In this document: piece after piece, positions 18,088-27,275 of the stretch
How positions within the stretch are numbered: the stretch's first letter is position 1
How the letters are laid out: every line of letters starts with the position of its first letter
DNA from: Escherichia phage Bp7
Direction: 5' to 3' (one strand)
Sequence record: NC_019500.1
Length of the DNA: 64,000 bases
Notes under the pieces: generated by a model
What the model was told of the DNA's origin: nothing
Seen by the model: only the letters and a program-made list of their open reading frames with translations
Database searches by the model: none
Position numbers and translations under genes: made by a program

Positions 18088-18582
18088 ATGAACGCTAAAG
18101 ATATTTTTTCACTGATTAATTTCAACAACGGTAATTTCAAATCTGAAAAACAAAGCAAGTTCTTTAACGACGTTGCTTGTGGTAATGAGATTACTGTATC
18201 TGGAGGAGAGATTTACAAAAGCCGTTGGAACTGGATTGTTATCATCGATTCAGTTGGTATTGTAGAGCTCTATAAAAACACCAACAAAAAACGTACTCTT
18301 CACTGGAGTCGTGAAACCAATCAAGCTTATCAAGCTGAACGTAACAAACGTTTAATGCCTACCGAATCCGACCTGGCAAACGTTAAATCTGATATCGCTT
18401 ATTTCGATAATCTGATTGCTGAACAACAAGCTGTTATTGATAAGTTTGACGAAATCAAAGCTTGTAAAGAGATTCCTGAATTCATGCGGGAATCAGTAAA
18501 CGAACAGTACGCCCTCACTTCAGGTCGATCAATAGTGCGAACCCCTGCAAGTCGAACATCTGGGAGAGCTCCGATCGCGTAG
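18088..18582 (+). CDS. hypothetical protein (164 aa); 3-prime end runs into vector-like sequence
   Basis: ATG 18088 after GGAGG; last ~18 codons are encoded by polylinker-like sequence, so the native C-terminus is probably lost. Confidence 0.45.
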   Translation: MNAKDIFSLINFNNGNFKSEKQSKFFNDVACGNEITVSGGEIYKSRWNWIVIIDSVGIVELYKNTNKKRTLHWSRETNQAYQAERNKRLMPTESDLANVKSDIAYFDNLIAEQQAVIDKFDEIKACKEIPEFMRESVNEQYALTSGRSIVRTPASRTSGRAPIA

Positions 18583-18592
18583 TATGAAGAGC
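18528..18592 (+). other. cloning-vector polylinker-like sequence (pGEM-T-type, SP6-side arm, diverged)
   Basis: ATCAATAGTGCGAACCCCTGCAAGTCGAACATCTGGGAGAGCTCC... aligns to the recalled MCS at ~80 percent identity; SpeI/NotI/PstI/SalI/NdeI each lost by point changes. Confidence 0.65.
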
Positions 18593-18678
18593 GTTTAAAG
18601 ACGGTTCTCGCATAAACGCTTTATACCAAGGATGGTATAATGGTTCTAGGTTCTTAATTACTTACTGAGGAAATTATT

Positions 18679-19518
18679 ATGTCACAGGCAATTAATCAAA
18701 TTCGTTCTGAAGTTAAAAAAGTTGTTAAATTCGGACGTATTCCGAGTTCTAAAGAAGTGGTTGAAAAGGTTTTGGCCATGATGTGGGAAAAGTTTGAAGT
18801 TTGTATTTCTGTAGATGAATTCACTAAAATCTTTGACAAGACTAGGATGTTTACGTTAGAAGACCGAGTCATGAAATCTCTTCACAGGGCCGGTATGTTG
18901 ACTCGTGCTAACGCCAGAATTATTCTTAGAAATTATAACAAAGGCTATGACCTCTATGGTCGTTTAATCCCGGCGATGTCATTTGATGAAGTTGTTAAAG
19001 ACCTTCGTACTAACCAACGACGTTTACTAGCACTGGGTGCTCGTCTAGCTTTAGGTAAAGATAAGCAAATGCCATTTAAGACTAATGGTTCAGGCGATTG
19101 GATTATCTTTAATATTGTCAACCAACCAGGTAACGAAAACGAGTATCTTACTTCAACTTTTAGTGGTTGTCAATATGACAACTGGAAATTCCATCTTCGA
19201 TTGGCTTTGTCTGAACTCGAACGTAGCGGTATTCTTACCTTCGATAATGTTAATACCAGTACAGGCTGGCGTATTAAACTTGTTAAGCCAGGTAATGAAG
19301 TTAAGAGTCATTCAGAAGCTCCTAAACCGGAACCTGTACCAGTGCGCAGCAATGAGAAGCATCAAGCTCAAATCGAGTATTTTAGCAATTTGCTTACTTG
19401 CTTGAATGTTACAATTCAGCAACAAGATGATGAGATTTTCCGACTCTCTGGTCTGAATGCTAAAGCCAAGGCTGAACGCCAGAAATATATCGATATCCTA
19501 AATCTTCTTAAGGATTAA
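18679..19518 (+). CDS. hypothetical protein with C-terminal coiled coil (279 aa)
   Basis: ORF with TGAGGAAATTATT RBS module; C-terminal heptad-like region. Confidence 0.6.
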   Translation: MSQAINQIRSEVKKVVKFGRIPSSKEVVEKVLAMMWEKFEVCISVDEFTKIFDKTRMFTLEDRVMKSLHRAGMLTRANARIILRNYNKGYDLYGRLIPAMSFDEVVKDLRTNQRRLLALGARLALGKDKQMPFKTNGSGDWIIFNIVNQPGNENEYLTSTFSGCQYDNWKFHLRLALSELERSGILTFDNVNTSTGWRIKLVKPGNEVKSHSEAPKPEPVPVRSNEKHQAQIEYFSNLLTCLNVTIQQQDDEIFRLSGLNAKAKAERQKYIDILNLLKD

Positions 19519-19519
19519 T

Positions 19520-19708
19520 ATGGCTACTTTAATTATTGGTTCTATTTTTGGATACCTTGTGATAGGATTCATTACTACTGTATTAATCCACAAATTTGAC
19601 AGCTGTTTTGAAAAAGGTGATGAGTATGATGCAGTGTTCACTACTCTCGCCTGGCCTATATTCTGGGTTACAGGTATTGTTCTGGCTATAGTGTGTGCCT
19701 ATGGCTAA
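19520..19708 (+). CDS. small membrane protein (62 aa)
   Basis: Two hydrophobic helices. Confidence 0.5.
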   Translation: MATLIIGSIFGYLVIGFITTVLIHKFDSCFEKGDEYDAVFTTLAWPIFWVTGIVLAIVCAYG

Positions 19709-19737
19709 ATTCTATAAAAAATTATTTGGACTTTAAT

Positions 19738-20607
19738 ATGAACATTAAAACACGTAAAGAATATTCCCGATATGATTTTGGTGTAACCAAGCGTATCGCT
19801 ATCGATCGGCTGGCCGACTTCGGCCATATTTGTAATGGTAATTATACTTATGGTGTAGGTCGTAAAGGGACTTATATTAGTTCTTTGAACGATTATTGCC
19901 GTGGCCCAGCCAACCTGTTTGGTGTAACATTGCGAGCTAATATCAAAGACCTCTTGGCTACCGCAGGACGTATTTCTACGGTTCCTGTTAATATCAAGAA
20001 TATTAATTTTACGGCTCGTAACCTAGTCATTAATATTCTGAATGACGGCATTCAAGTTCGTTTCCGTCCTACCTCAAAAGGTAATAAGGCCCTTCGTGAA
20101 GCATTTGAAACCTTATTCAGGGAAGCAATGACTCGTATTAAGGCTGTAGAATCATATAAGGTTACAACAGATGAATATGCTGATTGTTCCGGACGGCCCG
20201 ATGCAGTGTATTTTAATGTTAAACTAACTCGTGAATATCTTTTGTCTTATGCCCCTTATCAATCCCAACAAAAGGAACCGGAAATGGAACGACGTATCTC
20301 TGCAGTATCATGTGACAGCGTAGGCCAGTATGCAGCCTATGACAGATTCAAAACCACGGCTGTACCGAGTCCATTCAATTCCGAACCGTATCATTGGAAA
20401 ATTAAACCTGATAATTCTTTGGTTGTTACTAACCCTACGATGAAACCCATCGAGAAGTATCATGAGGACCACCTCCAGGAATCAATCCACCGTTTAAACG
20501 GTCAGATTGAAGATGAGAAAAAGAGTATCCAAGACGTATTGATTCGCATCAAGAACATGGAAATCCAGCGTGACAAGCTTAGCGCGGCAGTATTAGCTCT
20601 AAAATAA
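19738..20607 (+). CDS. hypothetical protein with C-terminal coiled coil (289 aa)
   Basis: ATG 19738 in frame with track ORF 19693; C-terminal heptad-like region. Confidence 0.55.
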   Translation: MNIKTRKEYSRYDFGVTKRIAIDRLADFGHICNGNYTYGVGRKGTYISSLNDYCRGPANLFGVTLRANIKDLLATAGRISTVPVNIKNINFTARNLVINILNDGIQVRFRPTSKGNKALREAFETLFREAMTRIKAVESYKVTTDEYADCSGRPDAVYFNVKLTREYLLSYAPYQSQQKEPEMERRISAVSCDSVGQYAAYDRFKTTAVPSPFNSEPYHWKIKPDNSLVVTNPTMKPIEKYHEDHLQESIHRLNGQIEDEKKSIQDVLIRIKNMEIQRDKLSAAVLALK

Positions 20608-20608
20608 T

Positions 20609-20638
20609 GTTTACATCCAAGGACGGATGGAGTATAAT
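20609..20638 (+). promoter_or_regulatory. early sigma70-type promoter
   Basis: GTTTAC 20609-20614, 18 nt, TATAAT 20633-20638; CATCC/GGATG inverted repeat in spacer. Confidence 0.45.
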
Positions 20639-20665
20639 CTTTTTAAATCTACTGAGGAGAATATC

Positions 20666-21676
20666 ATGACTCGTACTGAATACATCAATGCCTTTACTAC
20701 GTATATCACTACCAACACCCCTCCGTTAACCCCATACGAGGTAATAGTTTCTAATATCAATAAATGGGTCGACCAAATTGATGATGCATTATCGCGCTGT
20801 TTCAAAGCCGAAATCGAAAAGATTGCAGGCCGTTTGTGCATTCATGATATCATTAAAACATTTAAAGGTTCTCGACTGCTTTCGCGACTGGTCAATAAGG
20901 ACATCCTTTCAGAGTTCGGCAAAGAGAAATATCCGGGTTCTAGCCATGTTGTTAGCTACAAATGGTTTGGTGATACCATAAAAGGTTATGTCAAAATTAA
21001 AGGTATGGACCCTAGTAGTTTATTTCCGCAACGTTGGGTTAGCGAATTCAAGGCTAACTCTGCATTAATTCTCAAAGCGGCCTCTAAAACTATAGTTTCC
21101 GGTGATTGTCGTACTATTCACCCTATGGCTAATTGCATGATTAAAACAAATAGTTATAAAGGAAAAGCTATTATTTCTGTTATTTGGTCGCCTAATAGGA
21201 AACCTAAAGATGATGCGGAAGTTGTAAAGTATCAAGATATTGCTTACGATACCTTGAATACTATCGAACAAGCTTTAGCTCTGATGGATACCGTAGAGAA
21301 ATATGAGACCCAAGAAGTTAAACACCACTTAGGCTGGAAAGGATATGAAGTCTTAGTAACAGTCCGTGAAATCAAATGTACCGTTCCAAAAACTGACGCT
21401 GAAATTTACCAAGAAAAATGTGAGGAAATTGTGAACACTGATAAAGAGCCTGCTACATTAGAAGACTTGATTAACGACTTGAACAGCCCTATCATGGCCC
21501 CTACACCAATTACTAAATCCAAGTTACCGGAAATAGTGGCCTTAGAAAAAGCGTATAAAGATGCCCTGGCTATTAACAAAAAACTGACTGGACAATATAC
21601 TGCTGCCAAGAAACTTTGGGAAGAGTCTACCAATCGTTTAGACCGTCTTGAACAGGCTCTGGAGCTGCTGAAATGA
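20666..21676 (+). CDS. hypothetical protein with C-terminal coiled coil (336 aa)
   Basis: ATG 20666 after TGAGGAGAATATC; C-terminal heptad-like region. Confidence 0.55.
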   Translation: MTRTEYINAFTTYITTNTPPLTPYEVIVSNINKWVDQIDDALSRCFKAEIEKIAGRLCIHDIIKTFKGSRLLSRLVNKDILSEFGKEKYPGSSHVVSYKWFGDTIKGYVKIKGMDPSSLFPQRWVSEFKANSALILKAASKTIVSGDCRTIHPMANCMIKTNSYKGKAIISVIWSPNRKPKDDAEVVKYQDIAYDTLNTIEQALALMDTVEKYETQEVKHHLGWKGYEVLVTVREIKCTVPKTDAEIYQEKCEEIVNTDKEPATLEDLINDLNSPIMAPTPITKSKLPEIVALEKAYKDALAINKKLTGQYTAAKKLWEESTNRLDRLEQALELLK

Positions 21677-21984
21677 AACAACGTTTAGCTGAAGATATTG
21701 CTTCAGCATCTAATACCGGCTTATTGAAATTTATTAAAGCCGCTGATGTTGAAGTTGAATTGGTTGGTAAAATTCATGGTTGTGATGATTATGGTGATGC
21801 CGTTAATTGGGATGCTGTAATGGCTATGGTCGCACGACGAGAACAAGCTTCTAAGAATGTTCCTAATTGTCCTAAGTGCGGCACAGAACAGGTTCAGTTG
21901 GTTCAATGGCGCCATAATCCGCTTCAGTATAAATGCCGCCATTGCAAACACCGATTTGAGCGAGAAGAAAATGGCAAAGTGTAA
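21673..21984 (+). CDS. zinc-ribbon protein (103 aa)
   Basis: CPKCG...CRHCKH four-Cys motif. Confidence 0.5.
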   Translation: MKQRLAEDIASASNTGLLKFIKAADVEVELVGKIHGCDDYGDAVNWDAVMAMVARREQASKNVPNCPKCGTEQVQLVQWRHNPLQYKCRHCKHRFEREENGKV

Positions 21985-22207
21985 AGAATATGTAGAGGCT
22001 GCCGATAAGGCAGTCCGCGAACTTACTCTAGCTTATTATAAAGAGCACGGTAAATTTCCGGACAGTTATTCAGTATTGAAATCTGCTTTAACTCGCTCGT
22101 ATAATAATATACTATCTGATGTGTATAATTTAAAATATGAGCACATGGAAAAATACGGAACAGAACTCGACCGTTCTGAAGCATTCAAACAAATATTAGG
22201 AATTTAA
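21971..22207 (+). CDS. hypothetical protein (78 aa)
   Basis: ATG 21971 overlapping upstream gene end. Confidence 0.45.
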   Translation: MAKCKEYVEAADKAVRELTLAYYKEHGKFPDSYSVLKSALTRSYNNILSDVYNLKYEHMEKYGTELDRSEAFKQILGI

Positions 22208-22208
22208 A

Positions 22209-22472
22209 ATGTTTAAAGTTTATGGTTATGATTCAAATATTCACCGTTGTGTTTTCTGTGATAATGCCAAACGACTGCTTGATGTTAAGAAACAACCTTA
22301 CGAATTCATTAACGTGATGCCGGAAAAAGGTGTATTTGATGATGAGAAGATTGCCGAACTCCTGGCTGCTCTTGGACGCGAATCTCAGGTAGGTTTGACT
22401 ATGCCTCAGGTATTTGCTCCGGACGGAACTTCTATTGGTGGCTTTGACCAACTGCGAGCGTATTTCAAATGA
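22209..22472 (+). CDS. nrdC: thioredoxin/glutaredoxin NrdC
   Basis: 87 aa; CVFC redox motif; strong similarity to T4 NrdC. Confidence 0.9.
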   Translation: MFKVYGYDSNIHRCVFCDNAKRLLDVKKQPYEFINVMPEKGVFDDEKIAELLAALGRESQVGLTMPQVFAPDGTSIGGFDQLRAYFK

Positions 22473-22630
22473 TTGAACTATTGTTGAGTGTTTTGTATCT
22501 TATCATCGGTATTGGTTATGCTAAGACCCTAGCTAAATTAGATGATTCAGGTGACTTTTGTTGGTGGCTGACGTCTATGATTTGTTGGCCTTTATTTCTG
22601 GTTGGTGCTTCATTCTGGAACTTTAAATGA
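22469..22630 (+). CDS. small membrane protein (53 aa)
   Basis: ATG overlaps nrdC stop; hydrophobic; below the 60-aa cutoff of the ORF track. Confidence 0.4.
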   Translation: MIELLLSVLYLIIGIGYAKTLAKLDDSGDFCWWLTSMICWPLFLVGASFWNFK

Positions 22631-22935
22631 TTGAATTAAATGAACAGACTATTTTTCTGGGTGATGGTACCGAAGATGACCTGGAATATAAACTATACGA
22701 ATATATGGTTTGGCTGGCTAAAGCAGAAGGTATAGACTTTGCTGTATCTCACCCGTATGGCGAGAACACCGTTGTAATCGGTGGCACTGCTTATGAAGTC
22801 CAATGGCAATACGTTGGCCTTGAATCTGAAGAATTTGAAGAAGATGAACACGGTGATTGGCATCCAGTCGGTCCTTGGTACTGGGAACACGGTGGACCTG
22901 ATTTTGAAGTAAGTAGTTGGTGGTGTGACCGTTAA
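22627..22935 (+). CDS. hypothetical acidic Trp-rich protein (102 aa)
   Basis: ORF with overlapping start. Confidence 0.5.
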   Translation: MIELNEQTIFLGDGTEDDLEYKLYEYMVWLAKAEGIDFAVSHPYGENTVVIGGTAYEVQWQYVGLESEEFEEDEHGDWHPVGPWYWEHGGPDFEVSSWWCDR

Positions 22936-22981
22936 GCCATGGTATGTCGCTCGGTGGAAAACTACCGAGCCAGAGGAACCT

Positions 22982-23011
22982 GTTTACAACGATTCCGAAA
23001 TAGAGTATAAT
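22982..23011 (+). promoter_or_regulatory. early sigma70-type promoter
   Basis: GTTTAC, 18 nt, TATAAT. Confidence 0.45.
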
Positions 23012-23051
23012 GAACCTTCAAACAATGATTTAATCGATATGGAGTTTGGAT

Positions 23052-23225
23052 ATGAGTACCAAAATTGAAGTTGGCCGTCATAAAGGCCGTCTGATTGAAC
23101 ATTCGCTTTACGAGTTGTCGGATTCGGGTTCTTTACCTGACTTAGAATCCGATTTGATTAAAGCTGCAGCCGATTATATTCATTGGCTTGAAGCTCAACT
23201 TCGCTTTTCCGATGAGGCCTTCTGA
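23052..23225 (+). CDS. small protein (57 aa)
   Basis: ATG after GGAG; below track cutoff. Confidence 0.35.
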   Translation: MSTKIEVGRHKGRLIEHSLYELSDSGSLPDLESDLIKAAADYIHWLEAQLRFSDEAF

Positions 23226-23527
23226 TGAATTTATTTGAATTTGAAGGTAAAACTGTTCGTATTACTGAAGAAGATGTCGACCATTATGTTGACTGGCCTG
23301 AATTAAATGGTAATCGTGGTTTTGAGTCAGGTGAGCTCTGTGAAGGCGCTGAAGTTAAAATCTTGAAGGTGGAGATTTCTCCATGGGGCGACCCTGAAAT
23401 CATCGGCGTAACTGCTATCGAATTCAATGGTAAGGTATACGAATACACTAAAGAAATGTTTGAAGATACTAAAGCTTCATTCTGGTGTTTTTGGACTAAC
23501 GATGATAATGAATTTGAGGTCGCATGA
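23225..23527 (+). CDS. hypothetical protein (100 aa)
   Basis: ORF with overlapping start. Confidence 0.5.
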   Translation: MNLFEFEGKTVRITEEDVDHYVDWPELNGNRGFESGELCEGAEVKILKVEISPWGDPEIIGVTAIEFNGKVYEYTKEMFEDTKASFWCFWTNDDNEFEVA

Positions 23528-23709
23528 AAACTGTATTAGTCTATACCGAAAAATTAAATGGCGGTAAGGTCTGGAAACTTCTTATCAAAGGAAGTCCAAC
23601 TGACCAGTTTATGGCCACCTGTGTAGGATTATACACTCGTCCTACTAAAAAGATGATTCGTCAATTTAAACGGTTGCATCGCTCGTTTTATAGTACATTT
23701 GAAAAATAA
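23524..23709 (+). CDS. hypothetical basic protein (61 aa)
   Basis: ORF with overlapping start. Confidence 0.45.
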   Translation: MKTVLVYTEKLNGGKVWKLLIKGSPTDQFMATCVGLYTRPTKKMIRQFKRLHRSFYSTFEK

Positions 23710-23747
23710 TAAATACCTATATCTAATTATTATTAAAGGTATAGGTC

Positions 23748-24563
23748 ATGCAAGATTTCGGACATTGGGCGGTATTTGAAGAAACCGATATTAAAAACCA
23801 TATTGGATTTGTATACGTAATCACTTTTGAAGATGGCAAAAAATATGTAGGTGCTAAAAAGATTTGGAAACGAATTAAAGCTGCACCTTGCACATTTAAA
23901 CGCGGCCCTAAAAAAGGATTTGAAGAATCTGATTGGAAAACCTATACCTCATCATCTAATGAACTAAACGCAATGATAGAAAAGGGTATAAGTCCTAAAG
24001 AGTATCTTATTGTAGGATGGTATCCTACTTGGGGTAAAACTCTTATGGCAGAAATGGAAATGCAATTAGCCAATGATGTTTTACGAGACCCTATGTGGCT
24101 TAACAAGCAAATTGGCGGACATTTCAACCCTAACTGCTTTGACGATTTAACCGAAGATGATATTGCAAGATGGATGGAATTTGATAAAGGGAACGAACAT
24201 GTTTCCTGGCCTATGATGTACAAAATAGGTCAGAAAACCAAATATGTTAAACCTGACGAAGTTGGCGAGTATATTAAATCCGGGTGGCAATTTGGTCGTT
24301 CTAAAACAGAAAAACATTCTGTTACCTATAATTGCTCTAAATTTACTATATGGGACTATCAAGAAAATAAAGCAGTGGAAGTTCTAAATCAAAATGAGTT
24401 TGCTCGTAATAATGATTTAAGTAGTAACCATCTAACTAGACTACTTCAAGGAACTCTCGATCTTATTAAAGATCGCTGGGGACTTCCACCAGATATTGCT
24501 CGTCAGCGTTATAAATTTCAGACGTTTCTTCAGGAACAAAATTTTTATCTAATTCCGAGTTAG
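23748..24563 (+). CDS. GIY-YIG-like homing endonuclease candidate (271 aa)
   Basis: N-terminal GFVYVITFEDGKKYVGAKK resembles the GIY-x10-YIG motif. Confidence 0.45.
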   Translation: MQDFGHWAVFEETDIKNHIGFVYVITFEDGKKYVGAKKIWKRIKAAPCTFKRGPKKGFEESDWKTYTSSSNELNAMIEKGISPKEYLIVGWYPTWGKTLMAEMEMQLANDVLRDPMWLNKQIGGHFNPNCFDDLTEDDIARWMEFDKGNEHVSWPMMYKIGQKTKYVKPDEVGEYIKSGWQFGRSKTEKHSVTYNCSKFTIWDYQENKAVEVLNQNEFARNNDLSSNHLTRLLQGTLDLIKDRWGLPPDIARQRYKFQTFLQEQNFYLIPS

Positions 24564-24932
24564 AAGAATTTTACGGTATGACACGCGGTCAGGCTAACAA
24601 AGCCGTTAAAGATGGAAGAGCCGTTAAATTGGTAGTCGAAAGCAAAGAAGACCACATTAAAAACTTGGCTCTATCGAATTGGTAAAACCGAAAAGACAAA
24701 AGTTACGTCTCAAGTAATGCTTAACAGTTTTAAAGATATAGTTAATCCTATGACCGATACCGAAAAATCAGAAATGATTGAATGGTTGGAAAGTTATATA
24801 ACTTATTTGAAATCTTAATGAGGAAATCGCTTAAATGATTAATTTTTATGGCTTAACCGAATCTATGAATGATATTATCCGGCGCATGGGTGTTGAGTAT
24901 CCTGCTCAATGGTTATTTGTTGTAACTAATAC

Positions 24933-25160
24933 ATGGACTATCGTATGAATAAATTTCGTAATGCTGTTTCTGATATCCTGGCTAATATAACATTGGTTCT
25001 GTTTATCGTATGCCTTTTAATCCTGGCTATTCCGTTTGGATTGCTGTTCATGATTATTGGTGCATTGAGTACTGAAAAGGGTCTTGAAGGGGCCGAGTTC
25101 GACAAACGAATCCAGGCTGTTCATAGTGTTATTGCAAAAATGATGAAGGTGAAAGAATGA
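24933..25160 (+). CDS. small membrane protein (75 aa)
   Basis: Hydrophobic helix. Confidence 0.5.
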   Translation: MDYRMNKFRNAVSDILANITLVLFIVCLLILAIPFGLLFMIIGALSTEKGLEGAEFDKRIQAVHSVIAKMMKVKE

Positions 25161-25453
25161 AACGTTTTGAAGAGTATGTAGCTTTGAATTGGACCGCTTG
25201 GGAAAAGTTCGGTGATGACTGGTACTTCCATGACTGTGACCTGAACCCTGAATTCTTTAAAGGTAAGGAAGAAGACCTTAAAGACATCTATGCTCTGTCA
25301 GAGATTCATGGTATTAAACCTACTGTCTACTTCTCTTTTGATGACACAGGTTTCCTTGTACAGATTTACGTCCCATACAGAACTAATGAAGACGAAGTTC
25401 TAAAAACCTGGGACTACCAAGGAGTTATTTCCTGTGGACCAAAAGTTAACTAA
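25157..25453 (+). CDS. hypothetical protein (98 aa)
   Basis: ORF with overlapping start. Confidence 0.5.
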   Translation: MKRFEEYVALNWTAWEKFGDDWYFHDCDLNPEFFKGKEEDLKDIYALSEIHGIKPTVYFSFDDTGFLVQIYVPYRTNEDEVLKTWDYQGVISCGPKVN

Positions 25454-25751
25454 AATTGAGATTTACGGTATCCCTGAGACAGTCATGCGCTGTCCAGGGT
25501 GCATTGCTGTTCTATCGCTCCTAAATTCCCTTTCTATCCCACATACTTTCTATCCTGTGATTAATCAGACGCCGTCAGGCGCAGTATATGACAAGCCTCT
25601 TATAGTATCATTGGCCAAACGTGCAGGCTTCAAGAGCTTAGCGATACGCTATCCTGTCATATTTGTCGATAATAAGAAAATAGAAAATATTCCTGCCTTC
25701 AAATCGCTTTTGATTGAACTTGGTTATGACCGAGATTTAATTGAAGATTAG
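25434..25751 (+). CDS. glutaredoxin/thioredoxin-fold protein candidate (105 aa)
   Basis: CPGC motif near N-terminus in a beta-alpha context. Confidence 0.4.
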   Translation: MDQKLTKIEIYGIPETVMRCPGCIAVLSLLNSLSIPHTFYPVINQTPSGAVYDKPLIVSLAKRAGFKSLAIRYPVIFVDNKKIENIPAFKSLLIELGYDRDLIED

Positions 25752-25752
25752 T

Positions 25753-25781
25753 GTTTACTTCCTCTCCTCACGTGTTATAGT
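25753..25781 (+). promoter_or_regulatory. early promoter (PeSL-type)
   Basis: GTTTAC, 17 nt, TATAGT; CTCCTCACGTG/CACATGAGGAG inverted repeat. Confidence 0.45.
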
Positions 25782-25810
25782 CTATCCTATCAACACATGA
25801 GGAGAACATT

Positions 25811-25993
25811 ATGACTATCCAAGATAAAGAAATTAAAGCCGACCAGTATTATTTGGTAAATGGGCGTGCGGTTCGTGTAATTGCTGCTAGCGATTCAGAC
25901 GTATGGTATCGTGTACTGGACCATAGAAATATTCCAATGATGGTATGTGACCGTAGCGTGTTTTGTTCAATAGCTAAGGAAATCAAATTATGA
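25811..25993 (+). CDS. hypothetical protein (60 aa)
   Basis: ORF with GAGGAG RBS. Confidence 0.5.
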   Translation: MTIQDKEIKADQYYLVNGRAVRVIAASDSDVWYRVLDHRNIPMMVCDRSVFCSIAKEIKL

Positions 25994-26244
25994 GCCTGAA
26001 ATTACATTCAATGAAAAATGTCGTCACCCTTAATCTGGATGATGAGCGCCTGATTTTTCTCACCGTCACTGATAAGAATATTGAAATCGCCAACGGCCCG
26101 AAAACTTATTGCTGTCCTGTTAAGAATTGGAAACGTGTATCATTTCTTACTCTGGCCGAACGCCTGAAAGATATTAAGTTAGATTTGGATGTCAAAGATG
26201 TCCAATACATTAAAAATCTTATTGGATACAAACTGCTGAGGTAA
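25990..26244 (+). CDS. hypothetical protein (84 aa)
   Basis: ORF with overlapping start. Confidence 0.5.
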   Translation: MSLKLHSMKNVVTLNLDDERLIFLTVTDKNIEIANGPKTYCCPVKNWKRVSFLTLAERLKDIKLDLDVKDVQYIKNLIGYKLLR

Positions 26245-26246
26245 CT

Positions 26247-26510
26247 ATGGGTAAAACTATTCGTCGTAAAGAATTGTCTGTAAAAGATTTTTATTATTCC
26301 GGACGTCGTAAAGCACCTGACGGCGTAAGTCAGGAACTGGTTGAAGAAAATATCTTCCGTTCCGACAAGTGGAAACGTATGCGCGGTGTTGATTCTGAAG
26401 TTAAGAATGAAATGAATCGCCAACTTCGTAAAGAAGTGAGAAAGCTGAAAAAGATGTTTACAACGACGATGAACCTGATTACAATACTTCTCATCAAGTT
26501 GCAAACGTAA
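26247..26510 (+). CDS. hypothetical basic protein (87 aa)
   Basis: ORF with RBS. Confidence 0.5.
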   Translation: MGKTIRRKELSVKDFYYSGRRKAPDGVSQELVEENIFRSDKWKRMRGVDSEVKNEMNRQLRKEVRKLKKMFTTTMNLITILLIKLQT

Positions 26511-26545
26511 ATCAAACGAGTGCTATCGTTACAGCTGAGGAAAAT

Positions 26546-26677
26546 ATGAATATTAAACGAATGCTTTTTAAGCAAGGGTTATATACTTTAAATGTTACTC
26601 CAAAAGGCGATACAACCAAGTGGTCAGTAAATGACTGGGTTAAATTCATTGATGAAAACGGTAACTGGAAAATTTAA
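26546..26677 (+). CDS. small protein (43 aa)
   Basis: ATG after TGAGGAAAAT; below track cutoff. Confidence 0.35.
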   Translation: MNIKRMLFKQGLYTLNVTPKGDTTKWSVNDWVKFIDENGNWKI

Positions 26678-26878
26678 ATGAATCCTGAATCTAAATTATC
26701 ACAGCGAATTGCTGAAGCTCGTCGTCAGTTCTTTGAAAATATGATAGCCCAAGGTATTGATGACGAAGTTTTTCTAAACTGGTTTTGGAATCACAAATAT
26801 TCAAGTTGCTCGGGTGCTTTGTTAATTTCCGCCGGAATGATGTATGAAGGTTGGAAAGGTGCCAAAGCACAAAAATAG
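26678..26878 (+). CDS. hypothetical protein (66 aa)
   Basis: ORF with overlapping start. Confidence 0.45.
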   Translation: MNPESKLSQRIAEARRQFFENMIAQGIDDEVFLNWFWNHKYSSCSGALLISAGMMYEGWKGAKAQK

Positions 26879-26907
26879 TTTACAAACTCTTGGGACCGGA
26901 GTATAAT
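26878..26907 (+). promoter_or_regulatory. early sigma70-type promoter
   Basis: GTTTAC, 18 nt, TATAAT; GGACC/GGTCC inverted repeat flanks the -10. Confidence 0.45.
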
Positions 26908-26945
26908 GGTCCTACGGATTATAAATTTTAACTGAGGAAATTATT

Positions 26946-27275
26946 ATGTCACAAGCTATTAAAAACGTACTGAACTCTTTCGCTTTCGATAAAGTAAATG
27001 AACTGATGAATACAGGTTTTGTGACTCCTGAAATTCTCGACCAATGGGTTGCTGAACTGTTACCAATCATGCACTCTAAAGACCAGAAAATTGGTAAGAA
27101 TGGTATTCGTGAAATTCTGGTTCAATATATCCTCGATGAATTCGATGTCGCTGCCTTTGGTGTAGAATCTAAAGCTTGGGCCCCTGGTGAAATCTCTGAT
27201 AAAACTATCCGTCGTATGAAGAACCAGCGTAAGAAAAAATTCGTTGACCTGAAAATTGTTAAGGCAGCGAAATGA
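26946..27275 (+). CDS. hypothetical protein (109 aa)
   Basis: Shares a 23-nt RBS/start module with ORF 18679 (both begin MSQAI). Confidence 0.55.
   Translation: MSQAIKNVLNSFAFDKVNELMNTGFVTPEILDQWVAELLPIMHSKDQKIGKNGIREILVQYILDEFDVAAFGVESKAWAPGEISDKTIRRMKNQRKKKFVDLKIVKAAK

Noticed and set aside
17681-18598. The vector-like segment as a natural horizontally acquired module
   Set aside because: An exact 34-nt match to a synthetic polylinker with ordered restriction-site remnants on both sides is better explained by cloning or assembly than by natural acquisition.
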